Notes: generated by a model from the letters alone, not told the origin. 64,000 nt of DNA from an uncultured delta proteobacterium (GCA_963755715.1 CAVWLW010000054.1:96001-160000); one strand, 5' to 3'. Shown: positions 10,653-22,600, counted from the first letter of the stretch. Program-made: numbers and translations.

Positions 10653-11681
10653 TTAAGCGTGAAAAAGCACAAGGTTGTCTCGGATCCATTGGATCAGAAG
10701 AGAGACCCCCTCCTGGGGCGGCACTTCGGCCTGCCATCCTAATCCGTCCTGCGCCTTTTTCGTGTCACAGACAAAATAATTCAAATCGCCCAACCGGGCC
10801 GCGCCGAACTTTACATCAGAGGTGATTCCCGTATTGTGTTCGATCAGCCGAATACATTCAAGCAATGAAATAGCGTGCATCGGACCGCCGCCGATGTTGT
10901 AACTGCCGGCCTCGCCTTGGCGATAGAAGGCAAAGAAGGCCCTAGCAACATCTGTTGCATAAACAATATCGCGAACCTGTTTGCCCGAGCCATAAATCAT
11001 CAACGGTCGGCGCAAGAGATTTCTTATGCTAAAATTTGCGACCCATCCATGGTCTTCCCCACCGAATTGTCGCGGTCCATAAAGCCCGCTGAGCCGAAAA
11101 CTGGCAGCTCTCAGATTATAGGTGTCCGCATAGACTTTAACGTAATTTTCTGCCGACGCTTTGGATGCATGAAGCGGCGTCAAGCGGCCCCGCATTGTGG
11201 GGGCGTTCTCATCCACCGACGGAGGATTTCGGACATACCGTGTATCGGTTTCCCGAAGAGAACTGTTAATCCAATTTCCATAGACATGAATCGTGGCGCA
11301 GCTCACAACCGGGATCGAATGCTTTCTGGCCGCCTCGAGGACATGCACCGTTCCCAAAACGTTAGTCTTTAAATCAACCAACGGCTCCTCGATGCTAATA
11401 GTAACCGCCGGCTGTGCAGCGGTATGAACGATAAAGTCGCACCCTGAGGAACAATCCAGAATCTGCTCCAGGTCACGGATGTCGCCAATCACCCTTTCCA
11501 CGCCCAGCTCGCCGAGCCAATTCCAATTGTAATCCCGCGCGGCGTCCGCACGATAACCCGTCCGGTCCAGTTCGAACTTCGTCATGTTGTCGTAGGCGAT
11601 AACGGCCCAACCTTGCCGGCAAAAAAACTCGCACGCGTGAACGCCAATAAAACCACATCCGCCCGTAACCAGAACTTTCAT
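10653..11681 (-). CDS. NAD-dependent epimerase/dehydratase, CDP-paratose 2-epimerase-like
   Basis: TGGCGFIG, HTAAQPAVTISI, YGPRQFGGEDHGWVA and GSGKQVRD. The catalytic YxxxK appears as HASK (TPLHASK). Confidence 0.8.
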   Translation of the reverse strand: MKVLVTGGCGFIGVHACEFFCRQGWAVIAYDNMTKFELDRTGYRADAARDYNWNWLGELGVERVIGDIRDLEQILDCSSGCDFIVHTAAQPAVTISIEEPLVDLKTNVLGTVHVLEAARKHSIPVVSCATIHVYGNWINSSLRETDTRYVRNPPSVDENAPTMRGRLTPLHASKASAENYVKVYADTYNLRAASFRLSGLYGPRQFGGEDHGWVANFSIRNLLRRPLMIYGSGKQVRDIVYATDVARAFFAFYRQGEAGSYNIGGGPMHAISLLECIRLIEHNTGITSDVKFGAARLGDLNYFVCDTKKAQDGLGWQAEVPPQEGVSLLIQWIRDNLVLFHA

Positions 11682-11974
11682 TCTAACCCCTCACAAGCTT
11701 CATTTTCAGCTTCTTTCACTTTCAAAATCGAATCCTTTCTTTTGAAAAACGTAAAATAACGAAAAACCCCTGTGTCGCTTAGCGGGAAACAAACGAGTTC
11801 ATAGGTGTCATGAAATCGCGGCTCAGCCCATAGCTCGTGCTCTGATTTGCGCACCAGTTTCTTCGCCATCCGTTCTTTATCTCGATTATTCGATAATTCG
11901 ATCGGCATGAATGATTCAGAGTCCTTCATAAGATTGTTTTGATTAGGTGTCAAAGATTCAAACTCTGACAGCAC
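11678..11974 (-). CDS. Small hypothetical protein
   Basis: 98-aa ORF overlapping the epimerase start by 4 nt, as in translational coupling; no recognisable motif. Confidence 0.5.
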   Translation of the reverse strand: MLSEFESLTPNQNNLMKDSESFMPIELSNNRDKERMAKKLVRKSEHELWAEPRFHDTYELVCFPLSDTGVFRYFTFFKRKDSILKVKEAENEACEGLE

Positions 11975-12021
11975 CGCGCTTTTAAGTTAGTGCTCCAAAG
12001 GTTGCAGTTCCCAACGCAAGG

Positions 12022-12817
12022 TCAGCGTAACTTGCTAGACCACACTTCATCTTGCCAATGCGGAACGAGTCGTTTTCGACCCCATTCACCATGCACAATT
12101 CTCTCAATGATGAGACCGTGCTTAGCATAGAGGTCCCGCAGAAATCTCTCGTCGTATGCGATCGCTGCTTCGGGAAGTTCCGGCATTTTCAACACGACAG
12201 GTCTGTGATTTGAACTCGTCCGCAAATTTCGGATAAGTTAAGCCGGCTGCGATATTCTCCCGCGACACTGCGTCCAATATAAAATAGGTGGCTAAGCATA
12301 TCCCACCGAGCTTCATGACGCGCGCTATTTCTGCAATGTAGTTGTCCATGTCTTCCGAAACCATGTGAGTGAAAACAGAACCGACATAGACGACATCAAA
12401 CTCATTATTCGGAAATGGAAACTCATAGTTCGACGCGTTAAAGGCGCCTTTCGGATTGTACCGTTCACTGTAGAGATCCGCAAAACAGAATCGAAAATTC
12501 GGATAGTTCTGATATCTCTCTTTGCACCAATTGATCACCTCTCTAGTAATGTCAATGCCGTCGTAACCCCCTTTGCTGTTCAGATACGTGGTCAACGGCC
12601 TTGCCAGTTTGCCGCAGCCGCATCCTACGTCCAAGACGCGATGCGACGGCAAAAGTTTTGCGTTCCCTATCAAGCTATGTTGAACTTCGTCTCCCATGGA
12701 GATAAACCGTTCTCTATCAATGCCCCCGTGCTTAATAGTTCGTCCGACGTTAGTCGCCGTGACTACCTCGGAGGTCAGGCAACTCTCCACTGTACACGAG
12801 CCAGCCCGGCTCGCCAT
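12022..12817 (-). CDS. Class I SAM-dependent methyltransferase (1-nt frameshift near 12185)
   Basis: VLDVGCGCGKLARPL and FDVVYVGSVFTHM. The C-terminus continues in ORF 12022..12225; the paralog at 4629-5014 is in frame across this position. Confidence 0.88.
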
Positions 12818-12842
12818 TAAGCTTCCTTCGCGCGACGTGAAA

Positions 12843-14082
12843 TCAGGTCACCCCTTGAACATCATTCGTATAGGCACGCGCATAGGTATAAGCTTCCTGT
12901 TCAACCCCCTGAATCATCATGCTACTAATATTGCGCTTCAGCGGATTCAGTACCGCTAGGATCATTTACAATAGCTTCGAGCACGGTTTGGAGGTGGCGC
13001 GAGTCTCCCATGTTGAAGAGAAAGCCATTAAAACCATCTTTAATTTTTTCGGCCATGCCGCCCAAGTTTGTGGCAATAACGGGGATGTTACACGCTAGCG
13101 CCTCGTGTAAAGTCATGGGATAATTTTCGTAGCAGAGTGAAGGGACAACGACAACGTCGACATTACTAAGAACTTCGCCTGTCTGACTTTCCGGAAATAC
13201 GCCGCAGAATTCAATGTTACTGTTTGTCGCTGCCATCGATGTTAAGCTTTTCACATAGGACTCGTCCGGACCAGAGCCATAGATTTTGAGCACAGCGTTA
13301 CTGCGGTTTAATCTCTTGAAAGCCTCTACAAGTACGTGTGTACCCTTATAAGAATTAAAGGAGCCGGCGTAACAAAAGACTATGCGATCACCGTTTGAAT
13401 AGGTCCTCTGATTCCTCTTCAACCTCTCAAAACTAAGACCGTGATGGACGACTTTCACCGCCAGTCCGGGGAACTCCTGCATAAATACGCCTGCCACAAA
13501 CGCCGACGGAGCAATCAGCATCCGTGCGTTGGATAAAATGTTTTTTGCAGCCGCGAGCCGTTGGTGGATGTAGTCGGATTTCAATTCAGGACAGAGTTTG
13601 CCGCAAGCTTCGCCCTGTTCGGGGCCATTACATAGAGGCTGCCGGGATGGGACGAGGTTCACTTTCGGGCAGGCCAAGAAAAAATCGGTGAGGGTTAAGA
13701 TGTAAGGTATACCCAGGGAATTCAACGCCTGGGCTAAAGCACCCACGCGCATAGTATGTCCTATATGAACAATGTCCGCTTGTTCCATACGGATCAGATC
13801 GTCGGCTATCTCAGTTATGGCTGTGTTTCCTATTGCGTGATGAATGTCATCGGGAAGCTGTTTGTGCTTGATGGCCAATACCGGTATCCCGTTATAAAGA
13901 AATTCTTTGCATAGTATTTCCCCACGCCGCTGATCATAAAAAGAGTCCTCGTAGAAACTGTAGGTGATAACTTTTACCCGGTTCCCTGCCTTTTGCATCA
14001 TAGTTGACAGATTCAAGACGAACTTCTCTGTTCCGGTATAAAATTCGGGATAGAATTGGTGGATCAGGTACAGGATCTTCAT
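12843..14082 (-). CDS. Glycosyltransferase family 4 (frameshift near 12955; likely true stop at 12843)
   Basis: GTEKFV and VVPSLCYENYPMTLHEALACNIPVIATNLGG. The shifted frame gives AVLNPLKRNISSMMIQGVEQEAYTY. Confidence 0.88.
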
Positions 14083-14083
14083 C

Positions 14084-17000
14084 TCATACACCGCGGGTCA
14101 ACTCACCATGGATCTGTTCCAGCTTCCGCCTATCCCCGTCGTCGTTCCTTAGCGAGCATTGCGCCAACATCGTCCCACATTGGTAGGCAAACGTTTTATA
14201 CAAAGACAATCTAAACTCTCCTGCGATATGGTCATCCACGAGCTCATAAGCGTTTTCCATATATGCCAAGATCATCTTAGTAAAGTTCCGCACTGCTTCG
14301 CTCAGATATCCATTACCCAGTCGCGCATCGCTGCTGGCCACGGAATAGTCCTTAACTAAACGACCGAGGAAATCCTGGAATTCAATGTCAAAGAGATGGC
14401 CATCAACCGTTTGCGTCGAAACCAGAGGCGGAGCCTCGGCTGCAGCTTGGAACTTCTCCATAATCCGATTCGAAAATTCAGTTGTCTTACACGGGAATTG
14501 GAGATCCCAGGTTTTTTCATCGACCATTGATTTTATAACTTGATGAGTAAGGAGCACATCAGGGATAGCTCGCTCAAGGTTGTTTCCTACCGTCGGGTAA
14601 TCCGAGAAGATTCGTGGTAAAAACACGTTCTCCACATATCCTCTCTTAAGATAATAATAGGCCGGCCTATTGTGAGAATGAATTATTCTCGTTGAACCCA
14701 GAAAGGCAATTTGATATCCATGTTTTATAAGCCGCAGACCAAGATCCAAGTCCTCACCATAATCCGTCCTGTAATTATATTTAGTAAAAACATCCTTCGA
14801 TATGAGGCACGCGAGATCGGATAGTTGGCCGTTTTTTCTGAGCGTCACGTGGTCTTCGCTGCCTGCATACCGCATTATTCTGTCTTCCCTGTCAACCTCC
14901 AGAAATCTGTAGTGATTCCAAGTAATGGCTCTGTAAAACAGATCAGCGCTCTCCCAAGGAAACTCGGCACACGACACTGCTACAACGTCGTTGTGTTTGA
15001 TCACGCTGAAGAGCTCATAAAGCCATAAATCCGATGGAGGAAGGGCGTCTTGCACCGTGAATAGCAGGTATTCCCCCGAAGCATAGCTGGCGCCAAGATT
15101 CCTGGCATATGAATGAGAGAATTCCTCCGGCAGAATCTTTATAATTTTCGCTCCAAATTGTTCTGCGACTTCGACTGTCTTGTCCGTACTACCGGAGTCG
15201 ACGACAATAGTTTCTACCTTTCGGAATCCTTTTTGGTTTGCAATCGTTGCGAGAGCTCGCCGAAAATCTTCACCGCCATTCTTTGTCGGGATCACAACTG
15301 AAACTGTCACTTCTTCTTTGGGGACATCGCCCTCTAGGATTGGTTTAACTATGACCGGGTCGACATTTGACGTGCTAGCGCTCTGAAGCCCATTTCCACT
15401 GGACCTAATGTCCGGTGCCTTTGAAACGTCTACCCCGTCTGTTGCGAGATCTTCTATTATGACCGGCTTCATTACGACCGGCTCGACACTTGACGTCCTA
15501 GCGCTTTCATCCACCCCGTTTTTGCCGGCAGGAAGAGAAGAAGACATTTTCCTAAGGAATTTCCAGAAAGCCTTGGCTATCTCCTTTCTCTTTGTGCCTT
15601 CCGGCAGAAGCTTGTTGCGTAGCTGGTAATATACCGTCAAAGCTTTCCAGCCGTGGGAACCGTAAATACGGCTCAGAATGACTTCGCGTTCTTGAATTAG
15701 CACTTCCAGGCTGGCAATACGGTCGTCCTTTTCGTCCAGCTCCTTTCGCCTCTCATCCAGCTCCTTTCGCCCCGCCTCTACTGCCACGTGAGCCTGAGCC
15801 GCTAGAGCAAAATAAGCCGCTCGCTCCCTCATCAAACACTGCTGGCTTTCTTCTACTAGCCGACCTATTTCTGCGGCGAGTCGTTCTTGTTCCCTCACGT
15901 GGGCTGCTATCTGGCTCTCTTTCTGGGCAGACAATTGACGTATTTCTGCGGCGAGTCGTTCTTGTTCCCTCACGTGGGCTGCTATCTGGCTCTCTTTCTG
16001 GGCAGACAATTGACCTATCTGGCGCTCTTTCTGGTTGAGCAAGGCATCAGACACATCGACTAACGCGCTGCTTCTATCTTCAATGTCGCGCGCCGCGTCC
16101 GAGGCTATAGCGATGAAGTAACGGGGAATCTTTTTGTCATTGCCGGCAAAAACGAACTCTTCCGGATTTTTGTCAACGACGTACTCGACAACTTTGGTAT
16201 CTTCCCCGGCAAAGACCGGCCATATATTGGAGTTACAGTAGATACGCTGACCGAGAAATTTAACGTTCTTAAAATACTTCTCTAACAGTTCTCTGAACTC
16301 ATCGAAATAAAGCTCGTGCACGTGAAACGGGTTATTGAATTGAGGCTCGTCACTGTACACCGTCTTGTTCGGCGTCGAAACAATAAAAACTCCTTCGGGA
16401 GTGAGGAGTCTCTTCACCTCACTTAGAAGCTTTTGATGATCCTCAATGTGCTCTAACGCCTCAAAACAGACAGCGACGTCAAAAAGACTTTCACCGCCAA
16501 TAGGAACTTCTGTGATGGATCCGACTCTAAATTCAAGGTTTTGTTTGATGTATTTATTTCGAGCGTGCTTGATTGTATTGTTGTCGATATCGATCCCCAC
16601 TACGGATTTTGCGGTCTTGGCCAACAGATAACTCCCGTACCCCTCTCCGCAAGCAAGGTCTAATACTCTCTTGTTCTGCACAAATTGCGTCGCATAGGCA
16701 TAACGGTGGACATGTTCATAACCGATCGATGCTTCTTCCAACCAGGGAAGATACCGCTCGCCGGTCGGCTCCAATAACGGAGACGGTCCCTTATCGTTCA
16801 CTGTTACCTCTCCTCCAGCCTTGCGGGATCGAAAAACCACGGCTACGTCCAAATCAGACTCAGGGCTCAGATAGAAGACCTCTGTTTTTAGCCCTATGTC
16901 ATTCAACTTTTCCAGCACATCCATACCAAAATCCGTATACACGAACACATCTTCCCTACCCCAAGGGCTGTGATATGCAGGCTCTAAGAGATCCTCACGC

Positions 17001-17617
17001 ATTCCACCAACAATCCGCGCCCGCTGTCTTGTCTTGCGCTGCCAAGGAACAACTGGGATCGTAAAAATATGGTAACCCCCACCCTTCAAGGTACGGTAGA
17101 TTTCTTGCCAGGCTTTATCCGGGTCAGACACGTGTTCAAGTGTCTCAGAGGTCAGTATAAAATCGAAGTAGTTCTCAGGGTATGTCAAATGTTGTAAGTC
17201 CTCGCATCGGACGCCGTCATGTACTTCGCCCGGCTTGGCATAAGGGAGCCACTCCGAATAGAAAAGATTTGGACGCTCTTTGAGGTACTCGTGCAGGATT
17301 CCACAAGCATTAATTTCTGCAATCCTTAAACGCCGGAACTCCTCATTCCGGAGTAGTTCTACAAACGACCGGGAGGATATACCGCTCATCTGTGCGCAAG
17401 TCTGCATCAAGACCGCGGCGAGACGTCTGATCCTCAGACTCGCGCCGCAGTAAGTACAGAACATGCTTTCTTTGCGGTTAAATGCCTCAACGACGTTGTC
17501 CGATATACCCCATGCCTTCTGAAGTTGGAGAGTGATTATGGTTGGGTCGAAACGAAATGAGGAGCGGCTCCCACAGACAACGCAATAACCATTCTCATGT
17601 TCCGGGTTGTCGTTCAT
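14084..17617 (-). CDS. Multidomain protein: two SAM methyltransferases + coiled coil + GT2
   Basis: CVVCG/CTYCG Zn motif with MTase 1 (SETLEHV), MTase 2 (TGERY, HVHRY, VLDLACGEGYG), repeat-containing coiled coil, SHGWK helix, then GT2 (VSVVIPTKNGG, VDSGSTD). Likely ATG at 17617. Confidence 0.88.
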   Translation of the reverse strand: MNDNPEHENGYCVVCGSRSSFRFDPTIITLQLQKAWGISDNVVEAFNRKESMFCTYCGASLRIRRLAAVLMQTCAQMSGISSRSFVELLRNEEFRRLRIAEINACGILHEYLKERPNLFYSEWLPYAKPGEVHDGVRCEDLQHLTYPENYFDFILTSETLEHVSDPDKAWQEIYRTLKGGGYHIFTIPVVPWQRKTRQRARIVGGMREDLLEPAYHSPWGREDVFVYTDFGMDVLEKLNDIGLKTEVFYLSPESDLDVAVVFRSRKAGGEVTVNDKGPSPLLEPTGERYLPWLEEASIGYEHVHRYAYATQFVQNKRVLDLACGEGYGSYLLAKTAKSVVGIDIDNNTIKHARNKYIKQNLEFRVGSITEVPIGGESLFDVAVCFEALEHIEDHQKLLSEVKRLLTPEGVFIVSTPNKTVYSDEPQFNNPFHVHELYFDEFRELLEKYFKNVKFLGQRIYCNSNIWPVFAGEDTKVVEYVVDKNPEEFVFAGNDKKIPRYFIAIASDAARDIEDRSSALVDVSDALLNQKERQIGQLSAQKESQIAAHVREQERLAAEIRQLSAQKESQIAAHVREQERLAAEIGRLVEESQQCLMRERAAYFALAAQAHVAVEAGRKELDERRKELDEKDDRIASLEVLIQEREVILSRIYGSHGWKALTVYYQLRNKLLPEGTKRKEIAKAFWKFLRKMSSSLPAGKNGVDESARTSSVEPVVMKPVIIEDLATDGVDVSKAPDIRSSGNGLQSASTSNVDPVIVKPILEGDVPKEEVTVSVVIPTKNGGEDFRRALATIANQKGFRKVETIVVDSGSTDKTVEVAEQFGAKIIKILPEEFSHSYARNLGASYASGEYLLFTVQDALPPSDLWLYELFSVIKHNDVVAVSCAEFPWESADLFYRAITWNHYRFLEVDREDRIMRYAGSEDHVTLRKNGQLSDLACLISKDVFTKYNYRTDYGEDLDLGLRLIKHGYQIAFLGSTRIIHSHNRPAYYYLKRGYVENVFLPRIFSDYPTVGNNLERAIPDVLLTHQVIKSMVDEKTWDLQFPCKTTEFSNRIMEKFQAAAEAPPLVSTQTVDGHLFDIEFQDFLGRLVKDYSVASSDARLGNGYLSEAVRNFTKMILAYMENAYELVDDHIAGEFRLSLYKTFAYQCGTMLAQCSLRNDDGDRRKLEQIHGELTRGV
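15866..16014. repeat. 75-bp tandem repeat x2 (25-aa coiled-coil unit)
   Basis: QLSAQKESQIAAHVREQERLAAEI occurs twice; units start at 15866 and 15941 with essentially identical DNA. Confidence 0.95.
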
Positions 17618-17951
17618 CTTCGTCGCCTTGACGCCAATCGAAGCAACGTCACCGGTACCTCCTCGAAAGTGAAATTCCAGATTTAACCAGAGTGTGACAA
17701 ACAGCTGCAAATAATTTGGCTTTCATTTTTTTATCAATTTTGTTTTGCCTTCGCCACTGCCATCTCGAACAGTTGCCGATTTTCTGCCATTACCGCTATG
17801 GCAGCCTTCCCCAGGTCTGAATTTTGTCAGGGCCGAGTTGCTCCGACCGCTTCCGAGGGCTGTCTGTCGCTAACTCGATTGGTCAAGCTTTTTCACAGAC
17901 ATTATTTTGGCGCCACGCCAAGAAATTCTGATAATGTCGACTTCGACCGAT

Positions 17952-18941
17952 TCACGAGTACCTTGATGAATTTCGTGTCAAAGATTCGATCTCAGAGTTC
18001 ACCATCATTTTGATGAGATGCTCAAAGGTTACACTAGGCTGCCAGTCCAATTTATTCTTCGCTTTGGCAGGATTCCCCTTAAGTTCGTATATCTCCGTTG
18101 GCCGATACAACCTCTCGTCAATCGAGATATACTTTTCCCAATCAAGCTCAACACAACGAAAAGCAGTCTCTATCAGTTCCGTGACTGAATGACTCTCACC
18201 CGTCGCTATAACATAGTCATCCGGCTCCTTCTGTTGCAGCATGAGCCACATCGCCTTCACATAATCACCCGCGTAACCCCAGTCCCTCTTGGCGTCTAAG
18301 TTGCCGAGAACCAATTCTTTCGCGAGACCTAGCTTAATCTTCGCCACGGAATTGGTGATTTTCCTTGATACGAATTCGAAGCCTCTTCTGGGCGATTCGT
18401 GATTAAAACAAATGCCGCTTACAGCATATAAGTCATAAGCCTGCCGATAGTTTGTAGTCAAATGAAAGCCCGCCACCTTTGAAATGCCATAAGCCGACCG
18501 GGGATGAAAGCTGGTATTTTCGTTTTGCGGTGATTCTGTCGCGTTGCCGAACATCTCACTGGATGCAGCGAAATAGAATCTGCAGTTAGGCACTCTTTCC
18601 TTCATCGCAGCGAGCATATAATGAGTGCCGTTGACGTTTGTACCTATTGTTGAAAATTCATCCTCAAACGAGTAACTCACGAAGCTTTGTGCAGCAAGAT
18701 GATAGATCTCATCCGGCTGCACTGTGTTCACCACGTTGAATACGCTCGCGAAACTTTCCAGAGATCCAGCATGGAGGATTAGTTTGTCAAGAATGTGCCT
18801 GATGCGCCATAACCTATGCTCTGGATCTTCAATGGCCACTCGCCGAACAATGCCGTGGACCTCATAGCCTCGCTCCAAAAGAAGCTCGGCAAGATAAGAA
18901 CCATCTTGCCCCGTGATACCCGTTATCAACGCTCTTTTCAT
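17952..18941 (-). CDS. gmd: GDP-mannose 4,6-dehydratase
   Basis: ALITGITGQDGSYLAELLL, HLAAQSFV, FNHESPRRG and LGNLDAKRDWGYAGDY. Confidence 0.95.
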   Translation of the reverse strand: MKRALITGITGQDGSYLAELLLERGYEVHGIVRRVAIEDPEHRLWRIRHILDKLILHAGSLESFASVFNVVNTVQPDEIYHLAAQSFVSYSFEDEFSTIGTNVNGTHYMLAAMKERVPNCRFYFAASSEMFGNATESPQNENTSFHPRSAYGISKVAGFHLTTNYRQAYDLYAVSGICFNHESPRRGFEFVSRKITNSVAKIKLGLAKELVLGNLDAKRDWGYAGDYVKAMWLMLQQKEPDDYVIATGESHSVTELIETAFRCVELDWEKYISIDERLYRPTEIYELKGNPAKAKNKLDWQPSVTFEHLIKMMVNSEIESLTRNSSRYS

Positions 18942-19660
18942 GTTCAATTCCTTTCCTCATTCGTTATCCTGTCAGGGCGATTCCTTTGTGCAATGCTCTC
19001 CCGAGCTTCAATCCCTTTTTTTTGTATGTCAGCACATATAATCTATCCTCAACCTCCGATGCAGTTGCCCACTGCGGATCCTTGATTTCGCGAAGCTGGA
19101 TGGAACCCAGACTCTTCTAAGTTTACAAGCAGCCCCGAATTCCGTAATTTCTTGATTCGATCCTGTCTTTGGAGCTTTCAATCAACGATCTCAGAATGTA
19201 TATTACGATCCAGCATGGAAAGCAGGGAGTTTTCTCGATCCAACGCATCTGTCGTTCGTTAAAATGTTGATCCATGGCGAGCTTGCAGCACATAGAACCG
19301 GATACTGTCAGCTGCGCGGGCAGAATTCAACATTCCGCTTTGACTCAGCGATGAGCTGAGAAAAGTTTGGCAACTCTCAGACGATTTAGTCGGGACTTTT
19401 AAGCGCAAGGAAAGCATGGTCGTCTAGACAGACTTCGGCATGCGTCGACTAACTAACAAAATGGAAATTAAAATACACACGTTTTTCTCCTCGGTTCTGA
19501 AGTGGTTCTAGACGTATCCGTCGTCTTTCGCTCCGAGACGGTACAAATACCTGTTGCTGACCAAAGAGAGGTGTTTCCCATGCTCAAATATACAGGGGAA
19601 AGCTCCCAATCGAGCTTGCGCCGCACAGGCTAACTCCCCCGAACAGGGTATAGGTTTCAC

Positions 19661-22600
19661 ATGGATCCAGAGATGCTTTGCTGTCCCCACTGTCGCGGGT
19701 CGCTCAGGGCTGCATCCGCTGGCTACAGCTGTTGCCAGTGCCAGGCCACCTATCCGGTTCGCCATGGCGTGCCTATCCTGATTCCAGGGATAACGGTGGA
19801 GCGGTCGAACTTCTCAGTAGCCGACGACCTAATCACGCGGATTTGCGCTGCCGAAAAGATCCCCGACCAGCCGGAGAACCGCGCTACATTACGGGAGATC
19901 TTTGCCTGGAATTATCGTCTCGCCGACATCTGGTTGACGGCCGAAAACAACTATTACCTTAAGCGGGTTGGTCTGAATGCCGATGGCTACCGCCCAAAGG
20001 CGCCTCGTATGGACCGGGAATCGGTCAACGGCAACATCTGCTACGAGATTCCGTTTCACTACATCCCCGCAACCTTGCCTCCGGGAGAGACGCGCAGCTG
20101 GAACGTGCGACTCGTAAACAAGGGGGCGGGGGTTCTTTCGCCTGAAGGATCGCAGCCCGTCTTCCTCTGTTATCGCTGGAGAGATCCTACGGGAACAATC
20201 ACGCAGAGCGAGGAAGTGCGGACGACGCTGCCAGTCGAAATGGCGCCGGGACGCGGGGTGACAATTCCGCTCTGGGTCGCGACGCCGGGGCGTCCTGGCC
20301 AATACACACTCGAAGTGCTGCTCGGGCAGGACGGGCCGATCTGGCATGAGGGTGGCGCACGCAGGATCGATGTGCAGGTGTCAGCCTCTTGGAATTCAGC
20401 GGTTCTAGCCGACTGGCTGACGCTGCATCGTTTGCCCGAGACCTATGATTACAGGATCGATCACGAAGTCGGGCGCGTGTTCGTGAAGGAAGAGCTAGCC
20501 CGCAGGCGCCAGCCGCTGCGGCACGTCCTCGAAGTTGGCGGCTGCTGCAACCCGATGACCTGGGATCTGCCCGGTGAGTTGGTTAGCACTGACATCGACG
20601 TTCAGACGCTCCAGGTGGGTGCACTCCATTTTGCGACCACCAAGCCGAACATTAAGTTCGTGGCGGCCGATGCATTGAAGCAGCCGTTTGCAGATGGTGT
20701 ATTCGATTGTGCCGTGCTGTTCTCCACCCTGCACCACTTGCTGGATCCAGTGGGTTGTCTGCGGGAGATGCGGCGTGTCGTTCGGCCAGGCGGGTTTCTC
20801 GCTATTCTTTGTGAGCCGATTGGATCTTACCGGGCCGAGACGCTCAGTGCGGAATTTCGGCGAGACCTCGAGGAGGGGATCAACGAGCAGATCTTCACCG
20901 ATGAGGAATACGCGCAGATGTTCGATGCCGCCGGGCTGGTGGCAACGCGGGCAGTGATTGACGGCGGTTCGTTCAAGGCGATCCTATCCCGCGATGGTGC
21001 CGTCTGCTCAATTGACACAACGTCGAGCGCTCCGACCAGGCGTCCCCACATGCGCACCCAGCTATCGCATGCTGGTCAAGAACCGCTCAACATTCGCTTC
21101 GCGCGCCGCTTGACCTCGCCCTCCGCTGTGCCGGGTCAGTCGGCACAACCTAACCGGGGGACGGAAATGACTGACACGACTTCGGAACTCCAGAAGAAGA
21201 TCAACGAAATGATCTGGTTTCACACCATTGACTTCGGCAATGGCGTCATATCGCCAGGTACCAAGTCGATGTTGCAGCTAAGGCGAGAGGCCGATGCATT
21301 CTTTGGCTGCATTGATCTGAGGGGCCGAACTTTTCTCGACATCGGTGCGTGGAACGGTTACTTCTCTTTCGAAGCCAAGAGTCGTGGGGCGGGTCGTGTC
21401 TTAGCTACTGACAAGTTCACATGGACCCATCCGCACCTAAAGGGGCGGGAAGGTTTCGAACTTGCGAGGAAGCATCTCGGCTATAGCATAGAGGCCGAAG
21501 AAATCGATGTTGCCGAACTCACCGTTGAGCGCGTGGGCACGTTCGAGGTGGTCCTCTTCGCGGGCGTCTTCTGCCACCTCTTTGAAGCACCCCAACTGAT
21601 GCAGCAGGCGGCGCATACGGCAACAAAGCTCTTCATCGTTGAAACCCACCAAGAGCTCATAGATTTGGAACGCCCTGCGATGGTTTACTATCCGGGCGCA
21701 ACCCTCGCCAACGACGAAACCAATTTTTGGGGCCCCAATCCCCCGCTCATGCGACAATTGCTTACAGAGTCGGGTTTCAATGAAATCCATTACCGACCGC
21801 ACCCAGATACCGAGCACGATCACATTCGTGGCATTTACCTAGCGTTTCGCGATGTTGAAAGCATGACTTCACTAAGTTTCGATCGCGCGGGACGGTGGCG
21901 CGACCTGAACCGGCAACCTTCTACTATTTCATACGGAGAACACGTGGCTACGAGCTTGCCAACGATACCCATCTGCGAGGCGGAGGGGCACTATTGTTAT
22001 GGCGACGGCGTTTCCGGTTGGCTTACGGTGCTGGCGTTCGAAACCGACCTGCGCGTATCGGGTTGTGCGCCGTTCTCCATCTCGGTGACCAATGATGGCA
22101 TCCGAGTCTGGCCGTCTGTACGGCTTGTACTCCGCTGGACGGTGAAGGAACCGGATGGCGGCGAGCTCATTCTGAGCGACCAGATTGCAGCGGAGCTGTC
22201 GCTCCTTGCGCCGGGGAAAAGCCAGGTGCTTGAGACTTCGGTGCCGGTGCCGGTGAACAGCGTGCGCGATTTGGATATTGCCTTTCACCTCATGGCCGCC
22301 GATGGCACTTACTGGCTGCCCAAGGATCTGCCGGCTCTCCTGCGTCGACACATTTCCGGGCAGAGTGCTGAAAATGTGCCCGCGGATTTCGACTACGAAG
22401 CGATGTATCGGACCGTTGATCTGCGACAGGATTGGTGGACCCCGGTAGGTCCTGCGACACGAGCCGAATACGAAAGCCTAGGCCGCGCCCAGTGCGAGTC
22501 CTTGGTCGCGTTGGGGCTGGGCCCCAACGCGCGAGTGCTTGATATTGGTTGCGGGACCGGGAGGTTAACCGAGGCGCTGGCGCCGATCCTTTCACCGGAG

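Noticed and set aside
4590-12408. Repeat pair as a diversity-generating retroelement TR/VR
   Set aside because: No reverse transcriptase in the window, and the differences do not look adenine-specific; the same applies to the DUF4214 copies
18950-19660. Gene or ncRNA in the divergent gmd/methyltransferase spacer
   Set aside because: Only short motif-less ORFs and no convincing structure
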